Shown here: piece by piece, positions 13,825 through 27,600 of the stretch | Layout: the number at the start of each line of letters is the position of its first letter | How positions within the stretch are numbered: position 1 is the stretch's first letter | Source: Podarcis bocagei | Lineage: Eukaryota | NCBI GenBank assembly: GCA_964188305.1 | Contig: OZ076887.1 | Reading direction: 5' to 3' (one strand) | DNA length: 64,000 nt | Notes under the pieces: model-generated | Told to the model about the DNA's origin: nothing | What the model saw: only the letters and a program-made list of their open reading frames with translations | The model's database searches: none | Position numbers and translations under genes: made by a program

Positions 13825-15806
13825 GTAAGGCATGTTTTAATTAAAAACTTTATTATTTTCATTTTCATTACAATTCACAGTTTATGCATGGCAAGAGAAC
13901 CTTTCTTACCATGTCAACATTCAGAACACTGTGCTGGGAGAAATGGTGGGGAGGGGCCTTCCTTTTGATGAGCCTGGCCTGGTCATAGTTAATGGAACTT
14001 TGCTGATTTGAGATGTACACTCTCAGTAACTCTTCATTGATTGCTATTTACATTGATAACTTAGATTTGTTAGAAAAGAAGATGAAGCATCCGTACATTT
14101 AACATTCATAGTTCATAATGCTATTCAATAATCAGACAGAATGGATTTGTTACTTGAATTGTGTCCAATTGAAGTCCCATTTGGCTTTAGATAATCAGAG
14201 CCTCAATGCAGGCCTCAAACAGCTCTACAGATGCAAGCCTCTGATTTCGACGAAGTTTGCACCATAGTGATGCTTTGAGGATCAGGCTGCCTATTAATCT
14301 CTTAAGGGGTATTATATTTGTTTTATATACAGCCAGGATGAAATAGAATAAAACGGTGAAGAAAAATAAAAGACAATCCATTCCGTTATTTAAAAATCCT
14401 GCATTCCTTCTGAATCTTGCACACACTTAGAAACAAAAGACACAAGAGGCTATAAAATTAATGTTTTTCCCCCTCTTTAAAACAATTAAAGAAATCCCAA
14501 GGATTGGTTTCAGATCTGTGTATCAGCCTATTCTACCCAAATATTCAATTATATTCAGATTGTGCTATTGGTCAACTGTTTTTCACGCCTGCATTTGTGT
14601 TCAGATACCGTCTATATTCTCGATGTAGAAAGTCACAGTGATGCCAGTTTCAGCTGCATTCCCACTTTTAATCCCAGCTCCAGAATGGGCAAAAGCGTAT
14701 GATGTAACATTCAGGAAAGCAATCAGCAGGCAGGATCCCTGTGCTAAAATAGCGTATGGCATGACGTGGCTAAAACAATGAAAATTTCAAATCCTTATCT
14801 GCCAGCAGCATGGTGTTTAATAGAAATGCTGTTAATTCAGGATTGTTTCATGTTGATTCTGTGTAAAATGAGTCTTTTGATTGCACCAAGTTAATCTTAC
14901 CTATCAAATTGGTTAATAATACAAAACTGAAGATTTTTGGTATATGATGCATGGGACTGAACTGCCAACTGCGGCTTAAGTAATGAGACCTGAAATGGAT
15001 CCATGAGTTCTACAGGTCTGTTGAGTGTACATACTCTGCACCTGAGTAATAAAAAAAGAAAAGAAACCTACTTGCAGGGAGACACCTTTTGCAACCCTGG
15101 TAATTGCAGTGCCTTTAAAGCTAGACTTAGAAGTGGTGCTTTGATGTTTTTGGATTTGGCATCAGTTTCTTAATGCTGGTATCCTCAGCTTTAGACACCC
15201 TTAAAACATGATTGTTATGGTCTAGATGAAATATCAAAATGAGATAATGTTACTCATGCAAGAACCAACCAACAGACGAACAAACAAAAAACCATTATGA
15301 GAGTTATAGAGGTTCTGTTTCTTTAAAAGATAAGGCACTGACAAAAATTTCTTAGGTAAAAGGCTGCATAAGATTTTCTTGCCATTTACATATAGATTGT
15401 AGTCCGTACATGGTCCGTTCCTAGGCTTGGTAAGGTAGACCCTGAAAAGTTTAAGGACTGATCCCTCAAAGCTACATTGTTAACCTAAACCAGCAGTATT
15501 CATTCTTAACGCCTTATGGCACATTAGGAGAGATGAAGAAACAGTCTGGGCACAAAAAAGGCATCAAACATTGCTTGTTCCAGCATTTGTCAATGACAGA
15601 AGTGCCATTCATTTTGTGTCTTTCAAGAGATACGATGGTGACTCTGAATCCTTATTGTGGGTGGATTTCTGTTGGAATTCATGCACATGATAAAAATAAT
15701 GCTATTAGCATCAGTTATGGACAAGGGGGGGAAATATCAGGAACTACAAGGTAAAGTCTAAACCGTAGGCTTCTTCTTATTAAAAGATCAGGATTCAAAG
15801 TCAGTG
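13825..15806 (-). other. KCNK2: KCNK2 3'UTR (predicted)
   Basis: Repeat-free AT-rich stretch between the stop codon and the polyA signal, with multiple miRNA seed matches and Pumilio elements. Confidence 0.65.
13849..13854 (-). promoter_or_regulatory. KCNK2: Putative KCNK2 polyadenylation signal
   Basis: AATAAA on minus strand, an ATTAAA at 13836-13841, and a downstream GU/U-rich element (GTTTCCTGTTTGTTG, ~13807-13821). Lies ~1.95 kb after the stop codon. Confidence 0.65.
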
Positions 15807-16124
15807 CTACTTAATGTTTTCAATGACAGCAATCTCTTCTGCTGCACAGTGAGGAGTCAAGCCATTCATATAAATGCTGTCCGTCTTTGTGATGGCAGGC
15901 AAGAGGTCTTTCTCGCTGGTGAGGTGGTTGACAGACAAGGTTCTCTTGCAAGGAGTCAGGTCTTGGCTGTGGTTCACTGCCATTTCTGCAGAGAGCTTCC
16001 TTTTGATGGAGGTAGCCCGCTGGAACTTGTCGTAAATCTCCACACTCAGGCGTCTACGTGTTTCTTTGAACTCTGCCGTGACATTGGCTGTCCATTCAGC
16101 TGCATGAGCTCTGAACTCTCCCAC
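15807..16124 (-). CDS. KCNK2: KCNK2/TREK-1 terminal coding exon (exon 7 in human numbering): cytoplasmic C-terminus
   Basis: [45 protein letters not shown]...[13 protein letters not shown]. Acceptor ...ctttAG with a long pyrimidine tract; 318 bp, phase 0; kinase motifs RRRLS and KRKLS retained. Confidence 0.97.
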   Translation of the reverse strand: MGEFRAHAAEWTANVTAEFKETRRRLSVEIYDKFQRATSIKRKLSAEMAVNHSQDLTPCKRTLSVNHLTSEKDLLPAITKTDSIYMNGLTPHCAAEEIAVIENIK

Positions 16125-17000
16125 CTAAAGAACAGAGGGGAGAAGGGGGGAGGGGGGAGAGATAGAAAGAGGGAAAGATTGGGAAAGAGAAAGGGGAGAA
16201 AGATAATGTCACTTTGCACTATAAAAATCCATGCATCTATTAAATCTCCATAGGAACAAAAGTTGACCATAGGCTGACAAAGAGCAGCTGCCCATTGGCA
16301 CACTTCCTCTGTGCCCACAAATACTCCCTTTGATTGATGCCCAGATTTCGCATTATTTTGTTTCAGTGGAAGAATTTAGCTGCCATCTTCCTGATATAAT
16401 AAAAAGGACACATAGCAACAGCTAAAAAACCTCCACAGCTAAAACATTTCACAGCTCTTTTTATAATTTTATCTAGGCCAGTGAGGTGAAATTGCCTTTA
16501 AAAATTAAGCCTCGACAGCTGAGAGGATCCCAGCTGCACAGGGAGCACTGAATTCCCAGCAATCCAGAGCGTGTGTTATGTGTTGTTACCAGGGGAGCTG
16601 TCGTGGTTATTTATGGACACCCTGGCAGTATGTGTAATGATCCCTGTGAGACTCGACACAGGCGTTTCTAAATTTAGATGGAAAGGGCTTTTAAAAGAAA
16701 AATTTCAGCTGTCGCTGTTCTGTTTTTAGTGCACGTTCAAACTGAGGATTAATGCAAGTGACAGTTTTAGTCAAGTCAGCAGAATGATTGCCAGTCTCTC
16801 CCTCCACTGCAGTAATAAGATTACTACGTGAAACTTGCAAGAGTGGTAGAATGAAGTGATCACTAACACTTTCAAATCATGCATATATGTATATCCCAGG
16901 GTGCAGGCATAATGATAAGTGTGGAAACTCATTTCTAAAAGTAATGTGAGCTAATATTTCTCTTTTGTACAATTTGAGGCTGCTATATGTGGGTGGGGAG

Positions 17001-17004
<4 letters not shown>

Positions 17005-17050
<46 letters not shown>
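17005..17050. repeat. (AC)n microsatellite
   Basis: About 23 uninterrupted AC units. Confidence 0.97.
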
Positions 17051-17052
<2 letters not shown>

Positions 17053-20000
17053 TCTTGGTCTTGCGGCTAGCCACTTGCGCTGATGTTTTTTGCATTTATT
17101 ATTTGAAATATTATTATTTTATATATTTATTTATATTCTGCTTTTTCCCAAATGTAATTGAAAGGAACATGCAATATATTTAAAGTAAAACAACAACAAC
17201 ATGACAGCAATCAATCACTACCAACAAATCAAAGCCATCAGTGATTAAAACTGGCTGAAACTGCCAAAGGTTTAACAGCCAAAGGATCAACAATCAACTA
17301 TCAGATTTAAGGTATAAGGTAGCTTCCTAGGTTTCTTCCTAAGGGCTTTATATACGGATGGCAACACTTTAAATCAGGCCTGGTAACAAATTGGCAGCCG
17401 GTGCAGGCAAATGGAGCAGAGGTGTAATATGCTGACAGGGTCTCATGCCTGTCAGCAATTGTGCTGCAGCATAATGCACTAGTTGCAGTTCCTAGACCAA
17501 GAACAAGAGACACCTCAGTGAAGTAATCCATATGGGGTGCATTGCAGTAAAAGTTGCCAGTACCAGATGATTGCATTCTTTTATTTCTTAACACCATACA
17601 TATCAATCACTCTCACTTTCTGTTTTTGCAATAAACTTGTTAATTCTTTTATTCTAATACTTGTCTCTTATCTGCTTGCTAATTCCCTGATAACTAGTGC
17701 TATTATAAGTTTCCTTGGTTCTGTGGCATGCTGCAACTCTGAGCTCAAGACCTGAAAATACATGTATTATACATGAATATCTGTGCATGCACATGCACAT
17801 GTAGACAAAGACACACAGTAACACTCCTGATGAAGCCACTTGTGTACCCAAAGAGCATTGGTTCATAATAAGATATAGATTTTTATGGTCACTCCATTAA
17901 ATTTGGGAGCAGATAACGCATGGGCATTTTTACTTAAAACCCATTTGATTTATTTTCATGATTCATTAAGTTTAGAAAGGAGGTGTCAGACTGCTGCTTT
18001 AATCACTTCAAAGTGAATCTCTTTATAGTAATTACTGCACTTAAATAAATTAGCCTAATTGTTGAATTTTCAGTCATTGGCTGAAGCGGAGATTAGCAAG
18101 AATGTATCTTTCGCAAAAGTATAAAAAAAATAAAGCAACGTGAATTATGAAGCATTCACTATTCAAAGTTGCATTGTCTGACCTTAAACAGAAAGAATCA
18201 GGGTTACAGATTTTGATGAACTACAATAAATTTATTGTGGAGATACCTTGCCAAAGGTGTTTTGCAGTAGTGGCCAGCGAGGTGGTGTGAATGGGGCTGC
18301 GCTGAAGACCCAGCTTCTCAATGCTGCACAATGCTACCAGTTAACAAGAAGAAAAGGCGGAAGGACAAGGCAGTGGGGGAGCTCCGCATGATGTGGGCAC
18401 AGCAGGTGGAAGCACTGGATTGGCTCCATGGTTGCACCCACACCACACCAAGCTGCCCACTTCCTTGCCCTTCCCCCTCTTGATAAGTAGCAGCCATGTG
18501 CACCATTGGGAAGTCAGGAAGGCAATGTGGCTGCACCCACACAGCCTCACCAGCTGGTATTGCCTCTACCATTGAGTAGGGTGGCCACTCACATATTGCC
18601 AAGGGACCCTCTGGAATGGTGTGTGATGGGGCATGGAAGGGTTGCAGTAGGCTGAGGAAAGTCAGCTGCCTTGTGCAAGCAACGAGCCTTTCCGCTCCGG
18701 CAAAACATCTCTCGATACATGCCAGTGTGTTTTTAAATCCTATTTTCTATTCTGTATAGCATCCAGGATCATATGAAAAATTAATCAGCAGTCATACTGT
18801 TTCTTTTTCAGGTCTCCCCTCGATGGCAAATTGAGAACATGTACCTTCCATTTACAAAATTCCTTCTGTGATGGTTCCTGATTTAAAAGGGGCCAAGCAT
18901 TTTCACAACTAAAGTTGCTAATAAAAGCAAACAGAAGTCAAAAGCCACACTCTAGAGAAGATTAAAAACACATTAAGTCCCTTTGAAATTAATGAGGCCA
19001 GTATCTGCACTTAATGCAGCTTGAATTTAGTGACATGGAGTCATACTTGCCAATTTCTGAACTGTTCCTTCAGGGTTCCCCCAGTACCACCACTTATGCT
19101 GTTATAATGGAATGTGAAAATGTCACTGACAATCTGGACTGTTATATTTCAAGACAATGTGCAAAGCCTCCTGGATTTAGAATGAGATGTTATTAGACTT
19201 GCTTTGTTTTGGATACCACCTTTCTTCTCTGTCACCATCCCATACCTGAGTTCAGGCCAGATCTTGAACTGAACATCCTGAACTGACCCCTTATTTTGTT
19301 GTTGCTAAAGAACCAGTTGGCTATGCAGCAGGAACTATTCACAAACTCTGCAAACTGCTTGGTCACACATCCAGGAGATGACAGAAAGTTACATCTCCCC
19401 AAATTACTGTACAATTGGAGGAGGGGGCATGTTCAACAATCTATATTCACACCATTTGTATAGATGGCTTTGCACTCAATGGGTCTCTGAAAAACTCCAA
19501 AAGCGCTGGCACTCCTCATCACATTGCAATAACATGCAAAGCAAAGTGTATGGGCTCCACCCTTGCAAACTGTCCATGTCTTCTTTCAACATGGAAATTC
19601 TGTAGGGTGTGGTACCAAAAGCACAATTTCCCTAGGTGATCTAAGGTCTATAAAGGGGAAGGTGGTTTCTCAGGTAACTTGGTCCAGATCTCAAGCAATC
19701 TAAGTTTTTAGTCATAAGGTACCTCTGAGGCCTGTTTCCTGATTACCTTCTGTAAGTTTTCATAGCAATTTTTGTAATAAAATGGAGTTCAGGTGTTTTT
19801 GGTGGTGCCTTTAGGCAGAAGTAACTCACAGAATAAAAAGGTGATAGGGATTTAGTGCAGCACACTATTAAGGCACTCCCATTTCCTTTTGATTCTTGGG
19901 TTACTTGTATATATAGTGGTGTCATCCTTCTCTATTGCAACTGATTGGAGAAAGTTGGCATCACAGTTGCTGGAAGTAACAATGAGCAAGACTATTGCTC

Positions 20001-20611
20001 TGGACTCTAATTCTTCTGTGCCCTCAAATGCACTCAAAGAAAATGTTACCTTTTCAAAATACAAGTGGCTTTCCCATGTATTGCTAAAGACATAAGCTCA
20101 AAAGGTTACTGATGGAGGGCTGCACAATTTTCAGACTGCCAGAGCTCATAAGCAACAAGCTCTTGTAATTAAATTCCTCCTCCTCTTTATAACAATGTTT
20201 TGGTGAGAGTTCAGCTTCCTTTCCCCCCCTGAGGTATGACATTTTCTCATAGTACACTCAATTTTACCTTAATTTGTAGCGTAGAAGTCAGTCTGTAGCT
20301 GATGCTAAGTGATTGAAATGCCAGTTGTTTGGGATTTTGTACTGAAGACCCAAACATTTGTACATGCATATCATACAACAGCAAGGGCAATCTAACTTCT
20401 TTCATTGAACCTCTTTTGGTTTATTAATGATACAGAATCCGGTACTAAAATTATTTATGTCCACACATAAAAACACACACGCACACTTTATTCTGGAAAA
20501 TATTTTCTTTACAGACATGTTGCTACTCTCTAAAAACTGGGATGAATGATTGGAGTTGAAATATATATTTAAATAAACATATGTGAGAAGAACTTTCTGA
20601 AAGCATATTAG

Positions 20612-20746
20612 CCAGTGTTCTTAAAGCCACAAACATGAGTCTGACCAAACTGCGGGAGGCAGTAGAAGACAGGAGTGCCTGGCGTGCTCTGGTCCATGGG
20701 GTCACGAAGAGTCGGACACGACTAAACGAATAAACAACAACAACAA
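20612..20746 (+). mobile_element. RTE-BovB 3' end
   Basis: atgagtctgaccaaactgcgggaggcag...gtcacgaagagtcggacacgact plus (CAA)n tail. Confidence 0.88.
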
Positions 20747-22808
20747 AGAGAGTTTATAATGTACAAGTGGCTTCAAATCTAAATAACAGGGGCAAATGTA
20801 AGTACAAGGCATGCTTCAAGTGATTTAACCTTCTAAAATCTAAGAGCAGAATGTTCTTTACTGTCCGTATGGAATTGTCTCCCCTGTGTCCTGTCCAGTG
20901 TATAAGGGAAGTAGGAGACCATTTTCAGGCAGAGAGTCAGATCCAAAAGTAGCTAAATCTTCCAATCCAACGTCCATAGCAGATCTGATGTCTGTTACAA
21001 GCAGTATGACTTGTATTGGTGCTAAATGCTGAATGCAAGCCACATCTGAAAAGGAATAATCAGGAGGTGCCTGACTGTTCCTTTGCAGTTGTCTGTCCTG
21101 GGCTTGATGTCCTATGTCATTACTCGAGTGGCCGGTGGGCATGGCCTAGTCACACAGCCTTGTGTGCCTAACAAAACTGTCCTAAATGAACAACTGAATG
21201 AAGTAACTCATAGGCTGAAGACATCCTTGTTACAAAATGCATATGATTTTCAATGTGAAGTTTGAGATGCTTTCAGTGTACTGAACTCCCTCTTTTATAA
21301 TTTCTAACAATTATGACTAATGCATTGTCTGAAGCTCTGAAATCATTTTTGCTGATGTAGTTGTCAGTTATTTAAAAATAAAACTTCCCATTAACCTCCT
21401 GAGGATACAGCAGTCTAACTAGAAAGAATAATTTAAGTGTCACATTATCCATGCAGAAGACTAGAGTACAGAATGTTTTGTCTTTCCTTTCAAAAATCTT
21501 TTTTCAACATCTCAGGAGCTGCTAAGTTTGCCTCTGTTTCTGAAAACAGATGGGCTCAGATGGAATCACTAGAAAGCAGGGTGATTGCTGGGGTACTTGT
21601 GCCAATTTATTGTTTGGCTAGGAAAGCTGTTCCACTTTTAGTTCACTTGTCTTTGAAGACTGCCAGCGAGATGAATTTCTGAAAAAACTGAAAATAGCAG
21701 GACACTCCAAGGTCTTTTAAAAAGTTTCCAGCTCTTTTGGTTGCAGACAAAAGCATAAAATTATGACTTCAATAGGGCCTAATGGTTCAGAAAGCAAATA
21801 AAGGAACCTGTGTTTCTTTTAAAATCCATCTGGGTGATTATGAGGGATGGGAATAAATTTCGAACACACAAGCTAACCATCTATTGCTTTACTGATGGTC
21901 AAGTAGGTCCCTGAACACTAATGTTCCATCAAGAACCCTCTTGTTCCTCTGATGAGGTTACTATGAACAAAAGGCTGTGGGTTTTGTTCAATACACGAAT
22001 AAGCCATCCAGTTTCCTGGCTGATTCAGACTCCATAATTCCAAAACTTCCACACATTTCCACTTTCTTTCTGTTGTTATTTGGAGAATAATCCTTCAAGT
22101 TTGAAAGGAAAGGAGAAGAAGCAGGCCGCCCCAATAATCTAACTCCAATGCTTACCCTACACTCACACCCAAAACTTGCAGCAGAATGATGACCCACATG
22201 CTTACTTCAACATCTCTTCCCTAAATCATGGTGATTGGAGTGCACTGTGATTAAAAGTGGCACCAGTCCATCAAAATGAAAGGTATGCAAACCTCTCCAT
22301 CCCCTTCGCTCTTGAGCTCTGGGTGTTTCCCCAGTCAGCTTGGTTTCGATTCACAAAAAAATTAAAGGTCGTGGGAAATGACTGCATTTAAGCTTATGAA
22401 AAAAGGAGGCAACTGAGAAGATTAGGTAGTCTCTGCTCCATCTCACTATGCCTTATTAATGGCACAATCTGACTTCATAACCTGAAAAGCCACCCCAAAT
22501 CAACCCTAGTTGCCTGGTTATTTGGGGTACACAAACAGCCACTCCTGCTAATCACAGTCCTCAGGGACTGGGCAGAGATAGACGTCACCTGGAAGCAGCA
22601 ATAAGCAGTGACTTGAAAGCAGATACCTGGCTCAAAGGTGATGTATGACAAGGAAAAGAAGCGGTAAGGCAGGAAGTTGACCAGATAAATGAACTTCAGT
22701 ACTATGGACAGCTCCTTATTTAGGAAAAAACCACCACCCTGTTCTGTAAATCTCTGGAGAAGAACATAGATAGGCCTGTGGTATGTCAAAATACCATTCC
22801 CTTAAAGA

Positions 22809-23142
22809 TAAAGGTAAAGGGACCCCTGACTGTAAGGTCCAGTCACGGACGGCTCTGGGGTTGCGGCGCTCATCTTGCTTTACTGGTTGAGGGAGCCGGC
22901 GTACAGCTTCCGGGTCATGTGGCCAGAATGACTAAGCTGCTTCTGGCGAACCAGAGCAGCACATGGAAACGCCGTTCACCTTCCCACCAGAACGGTGCCT
23001 ATTTATCTACTTGCACTTTGTGCTTTCAAACTGCTAGGTTGGCAAGAGCAGGGACCAAGCAATGGGAGCTCACCTTGTCGCAGGGATTTGAACTGCAAAC
23101 CTTCTGATCGCCAAGCCCTAGGCCTGTGGTTTAACCCACAGC
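22809..23142 (-). mobile_element. Sauria SINE
   Basis: (ACCTTT)n tail, BovB-like 3' segment, conserved body, slightly truncated tRNA-like head. Confidence 0.9.
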
Positions 23143-23484
23143 TGGCCTTTAATCTAGTACACCTCTGGAATTCTGTCATCTCCTGGAGAGTCTATTGTTG
23201 TCTCAGTCAAGAGAGAATAAATGAATATGGAGTCTTGGGCAATTGAAAGGTTGGCTCTTCGGATAACTCAGATGATCTGGTCTACTAGTGCCAAATTCAC
23301 AATGATTGGGGGCTCTTCTTCTGTACTGAAGTCCATAATCTGATGTCCCTAAAAAAGGCTATTTCCTATCTCTGGGGGCCATGTTACCAGGAGCTCCTGG
23401 AGCTCCAACTTAACAAGTAGTTGTACCCACCCTGTGGATTCCCCTAGGGCCAGATGCCAAAGAGATAAACAATTATGTGATTTT

Positions 23485-23625
23485 GGGGAGACATGTGAAG
23501 GCAGCCCTGTTTCAGGAAGCTGTTAATGTTTGATATTGTGCCGTGTTCTTTTCCACTCTGTTGGAAGCTGCCCAAAGTTGCTGGGGAAACCCAGTCAGAG
23601 GGTTGGGGTACCAGAAATAAATTAC
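23485..23625 (+). mobile_element. L2-type LINE 3' end
   Basis: gacatgtgaaggcagccctgtttcaggaag...ggaagctgcccaaagttgctggggaaaccc, matching the other L2 copies. Confidence 0.7.
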
Positions 23626-23705
23626 TAAATGGCATATGCAATGGCTGCAATATGCAGCTCATTGGTTCACCATGGAGGTAAACTGCATTTTGCAACCTCA
23701 GCATA

Positions 23706-24050
23706 GGTAAAAAAGGTAAAGGGACCCCTGACCATTAGGTCCTGTCGTGACCGACTCTGGGGTTGCAGCGCTCATCTCACTTTATTGGCCAAGGGAGCCG
23801 GCGTACAACTTCCGGGTCATGTGGCCAGCATGACTAAGCCACTTCTGGCGAACCAGAGCAGCACACAGAAACGCCGTTCACCTTCCCGCCGGAGCAGTAC
23901 CTATTTATCTACTTGCACTTTGACGTGCTTTCAAACTGCTAGGTTGGCAGGAGCAGGGACCGAGCAATGGGAGCTCACCCCGTCACTGGGATTCGAACCA
24001 CCAACCTTCTGATCGGCAAGTCCTAGGCTCTGTGGTTTAACCCACAGCAC
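23706..24050 (-). mobile_element. Sauria SINE
   Basis: Same structure as the other copies; intact B box (GGTTCGAATCC on minus strand). Confidence 0.92.
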
Positions 24051-24499
24051 ACAAATTCTAACAACAACAACAACCCTGGACTGAGCCCCACTCACCCAGA
24101 ATAGCTCTTTGATAAATATGGAGGGGAAGGAGAATAAACTGTTTTTCCAGTGAAGAGTTGCTTGAGCATCAATGTCTTACTCAGTTTGCTTTTGTGTGTT
24201 CCTGTCAACATGGGAACTAGGTAACTGAGGATTATCTGCTCCCATATGAATCTGTCCAATAACCAATATCTTCTTTTGATACCTTTTGTCTTGAGTCCAA
24301 ACTTCAGGAGTCAGACATGTGGCAACTGGAGAGAGTTTTCTGTACCCTAGTAGCAAAATACCTTTCCAAGAGACATTTGTCTGGCACCCATTCTGAATTG
24401 TTTTAGGTGACAGGTTAAAACTATTTGATGTAATGAATTTCAGTGCTGCTTTTGAGATATTCATTGTGTTCTGATGGTTTAGTGAGATTGTAACTGGTA

Positions 24500-24611
24500 A
24501 TTGTATTGTATTGCATTTTATTGTATTTAATAATTGTATTGTATTGTATTGTATTGTATTGTATTGTATTGTATTGTATTGTATTGTATTGTATTAGAAT
24601 TGTATTGTATT
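24500..24611. repeat. (TATTG)n pentanucleotide microsatellite
   Basis: Direct tandem repeats. Confidence 0.95.
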
Positions 24612-27600
24612 TTAATGAAGTTGGGTGATATCAAATGTTATTCATACATGGTTGGCTATCACCCAGGGGCATTAAAGAAGTTACAATTTTTTAAAAAATG
24701 TAAAGGCTATGTATAAATTCATTGAATAAAAATACAATAGCCTACAGCATATCACATGCAGAATTACTGAAAATTCACCACTACTACCCCTTCTTAACAC
24801 AAAGCATTTTTTGGCATTTTAAATGCGCTCTCATGTGCAATTCACCTCTCATTGAAATCAATGACAAAGTTCTCAGGGCTAAACTACTAATGATATCAAA
24901 ATGGATAAACTGAAGTGTGGGAGTGGTGTTATAAGAATTTTAAAGCATACAGCATTGCATTTCTCTAACAGTAAAATGTAAAATGTTTGAAAACATTGTT
25001 CCCATTATTCTTAAAAAGGCTATTTTTAAAAAGGACATTTGGGTTATTTCCCTTCAGACTTGTTCATGAGATTAATATAGTGTTGGTGGCTGATCTCACA
25101 TATGATACAGACATCAAAGAGCAGAAGTTAATATATGCCTAAATGCTCAATATTCTTCATCAAGGAGCATAACTTTTAATGTTCCAGCTACACAATACAC
25201 ACTATTACTAAATACCAAAAGACAGAGTATGTCTTATGTTTGGCAAGAGCCTTTGAATAGAAATTCATATTCAGGAATTAATATACTGTATATAATATAA
25301 CACACACACACATTCAACCCCTCTGCCTGCCCCAGAACCCAGAGTTGCAAAAAAGTCAAACCCTGCTTCGTGACCTCCTTGGCTGGATTGTGTCCGTGAA
25401 CTCTGATAACACTTAGCTAGAGAATAAGGAGTGTCTGCAGAAAGTAGCCTACTGTATAAGGGCAAATTTTGCATGTGTTGCTCTTCCTACTTTATGCTCC
25501 CAACACCTAAAAAAGATTGTCCACAAGGGAGCGTGGCCCTCAAACAGACAAAGTTCCTCTACTTCTGACCTAAGATAATATCATCCTTGTCAATGATAAT
25601 AATGAATGAAGTCCAATCTCCATGCTACTTACTTTACAGTATTACAAAATGGAGGACTACATGATTTGAAAACTGCATATTTAGGAAATGAGGCACTCCG
25701 CTGCCTCTGAAATTGAGCTTCATCAGAAATCTCATTCCAGCTAATTAAGCTTCTTGATCTTAGCATATTTTTGATAGGCAATTGAGTGACCAATGTGTGT
25801 TGTACAGCCCTTGATTGCCCAGGAAAATGAACTACAAGGTACAACGCCTATTGAAACAAACCAATGGGCCACAATATCAAAAGAGCAAATTGGTGCTTGA
25901 GTAATTGAATAGTGTAATAAAGAACATGAAACCCCTGAGAGGGAGTAATGCTAAAAATGAATGCTAGAGACATGAGGCTGCCATAACATATGGACTACAT
26001 TCGTGTTGTTTAGTAACAAACAGTCTTACAAGCAATAAATGTTTTATTATATATTCATTTGCCTCTCTCTTCTGCACTTGTGAACGTAAGGAAGATTATA
26101 TTAATGTTTCTCAGACTTCTCATAAGCAAGGCACACTTTTTCTGTTTTGAGATGGAAAGCACAATTCACTGTTACACCTAGGGTGGTTTACTTTTACAAG
26201 GTGTAAATATTACCCATCCTCAGAGGAGCCTACACCATGATTGGAAGCAAGCAAGCTAAAGCTAAAAATTTGTGACAGGCAGCTTCCTCTGAGGAACGGA
26301 TAATTGAGGTGCATTTCTCCTTTAGGAGTGATTGAAGAGTCCAGTCACAGTGGATATGAAGACTTAATAGAATTATATGTGCTGTGTTGAGGTTGACTGA
26401 AAGGAGACCATGCCAGAGCAATGAATCATGAAGATAAACAACAGGTGTCCTCTTGTGTTTTTACATGATTCCCGACTTCCCAGCCAAACCTTAGCCTTTT
26501 ATCTCTCAGTGATTTCCATAGGCAAGAGTTCATTCTTCCACAGAAATTTAATGGTGCTTAAAATCCTACCAAACATTTGCTTGTCCCTTCACAGGGAAAA
26601 GAGTCCACTGCGTATGTCTGGCCACAGCTGCTTCTGGATTGCTATCTTTCTCTGTGTGTGAAATTTCTTGCTTTTATTCAAAGACATACATGAGAGTGGC
26701 AAGACGCTTTATTTTCAGAAGGAAACAGAGCTGACCTAACTGTTAAAAGCCCTTCTCCACATACACAATGGTCACCACCAGTTTCCTAAGTAGCAAAGCT
26801 GGGTCCAGGAGTACCCAAGAGTGAACTCCTCTTCTGGCAGTGCTGAGCCCTCCAATAGCTTTACAGTAAAGGAAAATAATCTCAGAACGACCCAGGCAAT
26901 CCAGTTGTGTGCTTCCTCAGCAAAAATCGCACCACTTTGCTTGGCTGCTCCACCATCCCTTCTTGGTTAACTGACTTCTTGATAGCAGAATTTAACCCTT
27001 AAGTCACACATGGAATGATCTCAGCTGTTGCACTTCCAACATGATTGTTCTCAGCAACTTTACTGCTACACACTGTTGCCAAGCTCCCTGTCTTGTGTTC
27101 TTCCTTCTCTACATTCATCCAAGTCACCTTTTGCTTCTAGCTACAAGAAACTAAAGAACACGGGGCTGCTCTCATGAAGACTATGATGATGTTTGCAAGC
27201 TATTTGGAGTTGGGACCAGCAATATTTAATAGTATTGCAGGATAAAGAATCGACTCCCCTTTCACCAAAAGCGAAAGTAAATTCTTCAGTGACTGCCAAA
27301 CACAATTGCAACAAAGAATCCTATATTGGCAGGGCACATAGGAAATATATATAAAAAGAGCTTGTTTTATGTGCTGTCTGGGAGCTTGCAAGGCAGAAAA
27401 GCTTCTGCCTACAAAAGAATACAAATGCTCCAGCAAAATAAATCAAAATACTTTTATGTAATTTCCTTCTTTTAAAAAAAAATCCTCCAAGGTAGCATGT
27501 TAATGCAATGCATTAGAGCTTCCCGGCAACACAAAAAAATCATAGAATTTACTCTGTACTTACTGCCAACAATAGTTCCAAAACCATTGTGATGAATGGG

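Noticed and set aside
15804-16253. 149-aa plus-strand ORF overlapping the last KCNK2 exon
   Set aside because: Antisense shadow of the exon plus a purine tract; no independent gene evidence.
17824-17865. CTGATGA-containing hammerhead-like motif
   Set aside because: No helix II closing onto a GAAA core; at best a decayed relic.
21940-21990. ctgatgag-gtt-actatg-aac-aaaa hammerhead-like motif
   Set aside because: GAAA is replaced by AAAA and helices I and III cannot be formed convincingly.
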